A stretch of DNA of 64,000 nt from a virus (taxonomy: Duplodnaviria; Heunggongvirae; Uroviricota; Caudoviricetes): IMG/VR virus record IMGVR_UViG_3300033073_001175, positions 1-64,000 of that record; one strand, 5' to 3'. The position numbers were made by a program, and so were the translations under genes. The notes beneath the pieces were generated by a model that ran no database searches, had not been told where the DNA came from, and worked only from the letters and a program-made list of their open reading frames with translations. Every line of letters starts with the position of its first letter. Position 1 is the stretch's first letter. Shown piece after piece: positions 57,432-64,000 of this stretch.

Positions 57432-60400
57432 TTAATCCGTAATTACATCTGTTTTAATCCATTTTATGGTAAATCTGTCAAACGCAGTTTTACCTTTTTT
57501 AAGTCCAAAATAAAAATGGAAAGGTGCTCCTACAGTAAATATCCTCGGACCAAAATTATTAGGAATCGTAGAGGTCGGGTTAGTATTATAACCAGGAACA
57601 CATCCAGGTGCAGGTGTCATATTATATGAATATATATACCCTTTAAAATCCTTTATTAGTGTACTTGTATTAGTTCTCATGTACCTTGAAGAGCCTAATA
57701 ATCTATCCATTGATTGGTACTTATCCGAATGAAATCCATTACCATTTAAAGATGAGGTGTACCACTCATTAGTTTGAGACCCAAAAATACTATCCGCGTT
57801 TCCTGGGTTTATTTTCCATTGATAAAATGGTACTGTTTGTGAAAACACCTTAAAGTAATTAAAAGCACAACTATCGGTTGGTACGGCATTTTCATTAATT
57901 ATAGTTCTTTTTGGTGTTATAAAATCTCTTACTTGTGTGTCAGATGAAAAGAAGATACCAAAAACCCCATCAGATGAATTCGCGCCATTAAAAAATACAG
58001 GGTCTTGACCATTAGGTATTTGCGGGTAACTATCAGAATCAAATTCGGCAACCCCTAATTCAGAACTAATAGAAACCATTTGCGCATAATCACCATCAAC
58101 CATCCTTTTAGTTCTACCATTAAAGTATGAAGTAATATTAGCTCCTGAAGTACCTAATAATTGACTTAAAAAACTTGTATTTGCTAAACGACTTATAATA
58201 AACAAGTTTAAAATATCCGAAATATCTGTAAACGTGGTTGAACCCATTTTATCTACAACGTACCCATCAAAATCATCTGACATGACTAATTCTTGTAGAT
58301 AGTTAGTTCTAGGTCCCATATCTAAAATAGTGGTTGGGAATTTTAAATTTTTATCATTCCCACCGAAAGAACCAAAAAATCCACTATCAGGGTCAGAACC
58401 TATAAAGTCAGAACCATTCCATGGACTACTTCTATAGTAGAAATTATTTGTTGTTGGGTGTAAAAATATAGTTTCCCGACAATAACTACTATACGGTGAG
58501 TTTGGTGGTGTATCGGTAGGTCCAGTAAAGAATCTATCGTTTTTAAACGCAAATGCGTATAATGTTCCGTTTATCCAATTATTAGTAAACATTTGTGACC
58601 ATACATTTCTACATGCTCCAAACGTAATTAATATTCTAGATGACCATTCTGTTAATATTTCAAAATCTTTTGGTAAAGATGAGAATATCTCAGTGATTGT
58701 TACATAACAACCGTTTTTCATTATTAGTTCACCATTAGTTCCGTTTTCATAACATCCATCACCTGTAGGTTTTATACCTATTTCAGTAGGACTTCCTCCA
58801 CATGGACTACCAGGTACTGATGTATAACAACCAAGAGGTACCATTTCACCACATTTAAATGAATTTAAAACCGCATTACTAATATTAGTTTGCGGAGTAC
58901 TATTATCCAAATTACTACCTACAGACCCTACGTTTTGTGTACCACTATCTTCAGAGTTTACAACACCATCATCAGAAAATAAAAACACACTAAAATCAGG
59001 ATTTAAATGTAATGGGAAACTGTTATTAGATGTTTCTTTGGTAAGTGTTGAGGTTGGTAATCTATCTGACCTCATAATTATTTGATTGCTATTGTCTAAA
59101 ATATTATTGTATGAATATGGTAGAGTATTGTATTTAGGTGCATATGTGTAACCATCCGCATACGAAGTTGTTGTAAGTGGTGGTAGTGATATAATTTGTA
59201 ACATGGCCGAACCACCTTCTACGATTTCATTACTAAAATATCCTCTGTTATCTACAGAATAGATGTTTTGGTAAGGTGCTTTAATTGTACAAGGTATTGC
59301 GGATACCGTATCCCATTCGACTTGGAATCCATTTTTATCTGTTACAAAGGATTTTATAGATGCCGCATTATGAATTCCTGTACCACAAACGTAATTTAAC
59401 GCGTAAGACCCTGTAGGTGTAAAGGTTAGATTTGTTAAGTCTAAACTTGAGTAGTAGCTAGGGAGTGTTGATGTAAATCCTGTAAATCCTGCATTTGATG
59501 GGTTTGTTTCAGGTACAAAGTGGAATGAATCATAATATAGATTATATCCTAACCCATCGGGTGATGCAACATTAGATAACATGGTATGTCTAACCGAATT
59601 AACACCTCCTTTTATCGGATGATTTAATTTGTATTCTCCCGTTACTGTTAACCCAGGAACATTCCATGTAGTATAACCAAATAGTCTACTTAAATCATAA
59701 GTATTTTCTTTTCTAGTAGAATAAGGGTCCACCCCTCTAACTAAAAATACTAATACTTGGTTTTCATAGTTATCAAACGATGTTAAAGGATTTTCAGGAT
59801 ACGTACCATTCCAACAGTTATCATAATTGATGTATTCAATTTTCATTGTATTGTTTAAGTACCTGTCATTTAATGATAATTGGTTTGGAGTACATAAAGA
59901 ATCGAATGAGTTATAGGTCATTGCCGTTATTACTTGGAAATACTCAATATCCATAGGGAATTTAGCGTATGTTGCGTCGTCAGGGTTTTGGGTGATTGAG
60001 TAAACTGTACTCTGTAATGGTAGCCCGTTAGAGGATGTTGGGTTTGAGTATGTTACAGTAATTGTTGACCCAGGTCCATCATTAATAGATGTTCCTGTGA
60101 TACTTGTCGTTGCAAATTGATTTAATTGTGTAAATCCTGTTAAGTTAACATCTTGGGATAGGGTAGGGTCTTGGAACGCTACTATTTGTCCCGCAGTAAA
60201 ATTAGCCAATTTACTTTCTTTACATAATATAGCAATTACGTTGTCGTAATGATAAGTTGTTCCTGAGTTATTTAATGTTGTATCAAAAGTAACTTTAATT
60301 CTATTACTACCTCCACCAGGATTTGTTCCTCCAAAATCATCAAAATATTTTGCTTTATTATTGAATAAATTTAATCTTTCAGTTATAGGAATACTACTTG

Positions 60401-62507
60401 TAAAAATGTGTCTATCGTTACCACTACCATCCTCACCATATTTAGTCATTTGAGGTGCATAAGTCTTAGGACCCGAACCCGTAAACCCTGCACCCGCCAT
60501 TAAGGTTTGGAAAGCTGATGGGTAGTCATATGAGGGATTAATATTGTATTTAGTGTTATCTGTAAAGTTAGTTAAAAATGAATTACCACCTGAATTTTGT
60601 ATAATACCTTCAGTATCAACCCCAACAGGACTTATCCCAGCATTATTTAATTCAACGGATTGAGGGTCATCACAAGCACATAATTCACAGTCATCGTAAC
60701 TTAAATTTGGTAAATTTAGTTTAACGAAATACTTCCATAAATTTAACATTTGGTCTATTAACTCTTGCATGTCTTCAAAATTAGGACAATCTAACTCATT
60801 AACATCCGCAAATAAATTAATAACCCATATAATACCATTTATAAACTCACAAATGATGATAATAATAGTGAATACTATTGCAACCACAACTGCTAAAATA
60901 GGTCCAAGTATAAACTTTAGTAGAAAGGCTAAAACGTGACATATAACCAATACCAAATATATGATAGGTTTAAAAATAAACATCATTATAGTAAACAAGA
61001 GGTAAATTATATCAAACCTAAGAAATGCGTCGTTAGTTGGGAACTTAACATTCTCACTCTCACATACATCATCTAAAATATGTTTTACCGCAATAATTCT
61101 ACTAGCCGAATAACCGTTTCTATATTGGTCAATTAATTGTGATACGGTATACACTTTATTGTATTGCATATCATAAAAAGTATCTTCACAATTAATTGCT
61201 GCTTGGATGTCAGGGTAATCGTTCCAATCCAAACTAAATGAATATGATTTAATTGCGTCAGTAACATTTGATGGTGATGCAGATGGGTTTATTAATGGGT
61301 CAATTCTAGTACCACCACCATCTATTTCCCACCCATGTTCTTTCACATTGGGTACTAAAAAATAACCCCTTTTAACATTTTCAGATAAACTTGGTGATTG
61401 ATTCCATTTAACTTTAAAACGGTATTTACCTTTAGTTGGTATTCCTTTTTTAGGGTCATTAGATAAGACTTTTTCACCAAATTCATTTGTTACGTAATAA
61501 TCTAAATTCATCGGAACATCAATTAACCATGTACCGTTTTCATCAATTACTTGTCCTCCTCCCTCTAATTGGAACTCTTCAAGTACGGGTCTTCCGTTTA
61601 TGTCTTGTTGAATGGTTTGTCTAATTGCCAGAATTTCTCCAGGTCCTGTCACCAAATTACATAAATTACCTTTTCCTAATTTTGGTTTACAATTTTTCTT
61701 TTGGGTGTACTTATCAGCATCGGAAAATATTGACCCCATAAAAATTGCGGTAGGGGTAATGTCGATATTAGCTTCGCTTGTCAAATCAAAATCTGTTCTA
61801 ACAATACCTAACGTACAAATCTCAGGTTGACCCCAAAGTGGTTCAACTTCAACAACTCTATTTATACTAATAATTTGTGGTAACGAATTTAAATTAGATG
61901 AACTTTTAAACGTTGTACCTGCGACTTGAGCCTCAGTCGCCGCACCGACTCTAACTAAGTCTTGCGGGGAAAGTGAAAATTCACCAATATCAGATAAATC
62001 AACATCCACATGTATTGTTTGTTCTCCAACAGGTACTCCAAATATCATATAGTCACCACTATCATTGGTTTTAGCGGTATACTTGTAGTATTTGTCATAG
62101 ACTTCAATAAATGTTGGGTTTACTAAAACGTCTTCTTTATCGAAGAAGGTTCCTGTTGGGTTATGTCCGCTATGTTGTTTTGTGTAAGGTAAAAGATTAT
62201 ATCTATAACCATCTTCATTAACATCTGTTAACGACTTATAAGGGTATAGTTCAGTAATAACAGGATTATTCTCATCTTCGGCAGATAATGGAATAAAAAC
62301 AGAAACTTTCGCGTTCGGAATTCCAAATCCGTTATTGGCAGTTACTCTACCTATAATCACTCCATAATCAGAGCATTGTCTTGTGTAAATTTGACTTTGT
62401 AAAACCTTTAACGATAAAATTTCAAGATACTCATATTCTTGTTCAAGTAATACCTTTAATGATTTATCGACACCTACTTCGGTTCTTATTCTATATGAAT
62501 TTGACAT
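57432..62507 (-). CDS. Giant virion protein (1691 aa) with an N-terminal carboxypeptidase-regulatory-like beta-sandwich and an internal cluster of TM helices
   Basis: GVIIGRVTANNGFGIPNAKVSVFIP and GDYMIFGVPVGEQTIHV (CarboxypepD_reg-like); hydrophobic cluster FDIIYLLFTIMMFIFKPIIYLVLVICHVLAFLLKFILGPILAVVVAIVFTIIIIICEFINGIIWVINLF at about residues 500-570. Confidence 0.6.
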   Translation of the reverse strand: MSNSYRIRTEVGVDKSLKVLLEQEYEYLEILSLKVLQSQIYTRQCSDYGVIIGRVTANNGFGIPNAKVSVFIPLSAEDENNPVITELYPYKSLTDVNEDGYRYNLLPYTKQHSGHNPTGTFFDKEDVLVNPTFIEVYDKYYKYTAKTNDSGDYMIFGVPVGEQTIHVDVDLSDIGEFSLSPQDLVRVGAATEAQVAGTTFKSSSNLNSLPQIISINRVVEVEPLWGQPEICTLGIVRTDFDLTSEANIDITPTAIFMGSIFSDADKYTQKKNCKPKLGKGNLCNLVTGPGEILAIRQTIQQDINGRPVLEEFQLEGGGQVIDENGTWLIDVPMNLDYYVTNEFGEKVLSNDPKKGIPTKGKYRFKVKWNQSPSLSENVKRGYFLVPNVKEHGWEIDGGGTRIDPLINPSASPSNVTDAIKSYSFSLDWNDYPDIQAAINCEDTFYDMQYNKVYTVSQLIDQYRNGYSASRIIAVKHILDDVCESENVKFPTNDAFLRFDIIYLLFTIMMFIFKPIIYLVLVICHVLAFLLKFILGPILAVVVAIVFTIIIIICEFINGIIWVINLFADVNELDCPNFEDMQELIDQMLNLWKYFVKLNLPNLSYDDCELCACDDPQSVELNNAGISPVGVDTEGIIQNSGGNSFLTNFTDNTKYNINPSYDYPSAFQTLMAGAGFTGSGPKTYAPQMTKYGEDGSGNDRHIFTSSIPITERLNLFNNKAKYFDDFGGTNPGGGSNRIKVTFDTTLNNSGTTYHYDNVIAILCKESKLANFTAGQIVAFQDPTLSQDVNLTGFTQLNQFATTSITGTSINDGPGSTITVTYSNPTSSNGLPLQSTVYSITQNPDDATYAKFPMDIEYFQVITAMTYNSFDSLCTPNQLSLNDRYLNNTMKIEYINYDNCWNGTYPENPLTSFDNYENQVLVFLVRGVDPYSTRKENTYDLSRLFGYTTWNVPGLTVTGEYKLNHPIKGGVNSVRHTMLSNVASPDGLGYNLYYDSFHFVPETNPSNAGFTGFTSTLPSYYSSLDLTNLTFTPTGSYALNYVCGTGIHNAASIKSFVTDKNGFQVEWDTVSAIPCTIKAPYQNIYSVDNRGYFSNEIVEGGSAMLQIISLPPLTTTSYADGYTYAPKYNTLPYSYNNILDNSNQIIMRSDRLPTSTLTKETSNNSFPLHLNPDFSVFLFSDDGVVNSEDSGTQNVGSVGSNLDNSTPQTNISNAVLNSFKCGEMVPLGCYTSVPGSPCGGSPTEIGIKPTGDGCYENGTNGELIMKNGCYVTITEIFSSLPKDFEILTEWSSRILITFGACRNVWSQMFTNNWINGTLYAFAFKNDRFFTGPTDTPPNSPYSSYCRETIFLHPTTNNFYYRSSPWNGSDFIGSDPDSGFFGSFGGNDKNLKFPTTILDMGPRTNYLQELVMSDDFDGYVVDKMGSTTFTDISDILNLFIISRLANTSFLSQLLGTSGANITSYFNGRTKRMVDGDYAQMVSISSELGVAEFDSDSYPQIPNGQDPVFFNGANSSDGVFGIFFSSDTQVRDFITPKRTIINENAVPTDSCAFNYFKVFSQTVPFYQWKINPGNADSIFGSQTNEWYTSSLNGNGFHSDKYQSMDRLLGSSRYMRTNTSTLIKDFKGYIYSYNMTPAPGCVPGYNTNPTSTIPNNFGPRIFTVGAPFHFYFGLKKGKTAFDRFTIKWIKTDVITD

Positions 62508-62580
62508 TCCTAATCTTTTTTGATAAATAGTTTATATACCATTTTCAAAAATATAATTCAGAAATTAATAAAATAAATTA

Positions 62581-64000
62581 TCAAGAGAAATTAACTGTAG
62601 ATAGGTTCTTAACTCTAATATTAATATCTTTACTAGGATACCTAACTTGATATGTTTGGCTAGGTTCCGCAAATATTGTATCATCAATTAAACCTATTTG
62701 TCTAGTTTCATTATCAAGATATCCTTGGGATGTTTGTGATGATGAGTACTGTCCTCCAACTTTATTGAATACTTGGATGTCTGAAACTGATATGACTCCA
62801 TTTTGGGATTGTACCTGTCTTCTAATTTCAGAAATATATACGTTCTCACCCATTTGTCTGTTAGTAGGTGAAAAATATTGTGTAACTAAATTTACAATTT
62901 GAGCGATTAACGCACCTTGTGTTTGACTATTGTCTAAAACAACATCAATGTTTAATGATAAATCAATAACGTTAGCACTTTCAACAGAAATATAATCGTT
63001 TAACATCCTATAGTTTGAAAGGTAATTTGCAATATTGTTTTTAAGGGTGTTTGAGACTATCTCGGTTAGATTACCCGATTCGTCAAACGATAACATTTTT
63101 ATTTTAATTTTATTATTTTCCTCAGTTATTGCCACTTTAGCAGGTGCACCAAACTGTGATGGCATTGTTCTTATTATAGAATCGTAATCATTAACCGTGA
63201 CTGCTCTATTTTGTGCCGAGAAATTAAAAGTTACCAAATTTCTAATTTCTTCTGTTGTTGGGGCGGGTGCTCCTCCGATTGCCGCAGTAACATTATTACA
63301 AGTTAATGAATTAACAACATTAGTATTTACAGACGCTGATGGACCGTTCACATAAAATGAAACAGTACCCACTTGTGTGATAACATTAATACCTAAATTA
63401 CTACCAGACCCTCCACCAATTCGATACTGTACAAATAATGTAGTATTTGGTTTTAAAACACTACCTAACGCAAAGTTGTTAGAATATTTATACAAATCAA
63501 GTTTAAGTCCGTTTCGTGCAAATTCTCTTAATTGTTCATCAGCAGATTGACTACCTCCACCAAAGGTCATTTTTAAGAAACCTTCAGGAGTATATTCTGT
63601 TATAAATTTAGTGTTTGTGGTTAAGTATTTACCAACTTTTATACCAGGTTGGTCAGATACTTTAGTCGGGTCTTCAACAAAAACCCTATCTTCTGCAAGA
63701 GCTTTAACTTCATACCATCTATTATCAGCACCTAAAAATTCTTGTGGTGATGGAACGTTAGCGTATTGTGTCCCATCTTTTAAAAGAACACTAGTAACCC
63801 CTAAAACATTTTTTTCAGGTAAAAATAATTCAAAGAAAGGTTTAACATCATTTGCAGTTATTGTTCTCTTAAACACTTTTGTCACACCATTAACAACAGT
63901 TTCTCGTTTAACAATTGTGTAATTTAATAACTTATTATTAGAATCAAAATTAGGTATCTTAAGTCTATTAGGATATCCTTCCGCGTTAAGTGGTGATGAA
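62581..64000 (-). CDS. Structural protein (at least 473 aa), 5' end beyond the window
   Basis: The reading frame stays open upstream of the first Met (MTKVFKRT) to the window edge. Confidence 0.5.
   Translation of the reverse strand, partial: SSPLNAEGYPNRLKIPNFDSNNKLLNYTIVKRETVVNGVTKVFKRTITANDVKPFFELFLPEKNVLGVTSVLLKDGTQYANVPSPQEFLGADNRWYEVKALAEDRVFVEDPTKVSDQPGIKVGKYLTTNTKFITEYTPEGFLKMTFGGGSQSADEQLREFARNGLKLDLYKYSNNFALGSVLKPNTTLFVQYRIGGGSGSNLGINVITQVGTVSFYVNGPSASVNTNVVNSLTCNNVTAAIGGAPAPTTEEIRNLVTFNFSAQNRAVTVNDYDSIIRTMPSQFGAPAKVAITEENNKIKIKMLSFDESGNLTEIVSNTLKNNIANYLSNYRMLNDYISVESANVIDLSLNIDVVLDNSQTQGALIAQIVNLVTQYFSPTNRQMGENVYISEIRRQVQSQNGVISVSDIQVFNKVGGQYSSSQTSQGYLDNETRQIGLIDDTIFAEPSQTYQVRYPSKDINIRVKNLSTVNFS

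Noticed and set aside
1-64000. CRISPR arrays, tRNA genes, integrase/attachment sites, transposases
   Set aside because: No regularly spaced direct repeats, no cloverleaf-compatible segments in the intergenic gaps, and no integrase/transposase motifs were seen. The window looks like the interior of a lytic-type phage genome.

Overview
This window appears to be a contiguous segment of a large, AT-rich tailed-phage genome, or less likely a prophage. No host housekeeping genes, tRNAs or CRISPR arrays are visible. The likely host is a member of the Bacteroidetes/Flavobacteriia, because the window carries an Hc1-type histone-H1-like gene, multiple SprB-type adhesin repeats and Pro-Thr linkers. Layout: (i) 1-38.5 kb is almost entirely minus-strand, carrying early/middle genes. 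These are SPFH protein, SmpB, NUDIX, DUF192, DHH/DHHA1 phosphoesterase, two DNA methyltransferases, DUF3310, a type-II glutamine synthetase homologue, Grx+Trx, DUF932, an LRR protein, full-length DnaJ, histone-H1-like protein, a lysis cassette (amidase, spanin-like and holin-like proteins), a sigma-70 family factor, SbcC/SbcD, a PD-(D/E)XK nuclease and a primase. (ii) 38.6-47.5 kb is a plus-strand island of tail-fibre/adhesin-like proteins with PT-linkers, Cys-rich segments, SprB repeats and a glycosyltransferase-like gene, and it ends with a RuvC-like resolvase. (iii) 47.6-64 kb is a minus-strand block of very large structural proteins (711, 1006, 1691 aa ...), presumably baseplate/tail, with the last gene running off the window. 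Several Rho-independent terminators are visible as GC hairpins with U-runs. The most unusual content is: a phage-borne SmpB with no tmRNA in the window next to NUDIX/DUF192/DHH-DHHA1 hydrolases; a eukaryote-type GSII; a DnaJ; an LRR protein with an unplaced N-terminal domain; and a receptor-binding module that combines SprB-type adhesin repeats, PT-linkers and a candidate GT-A glycosyltransferase. All homology calls are from motif recognition by eye and no database search was run.
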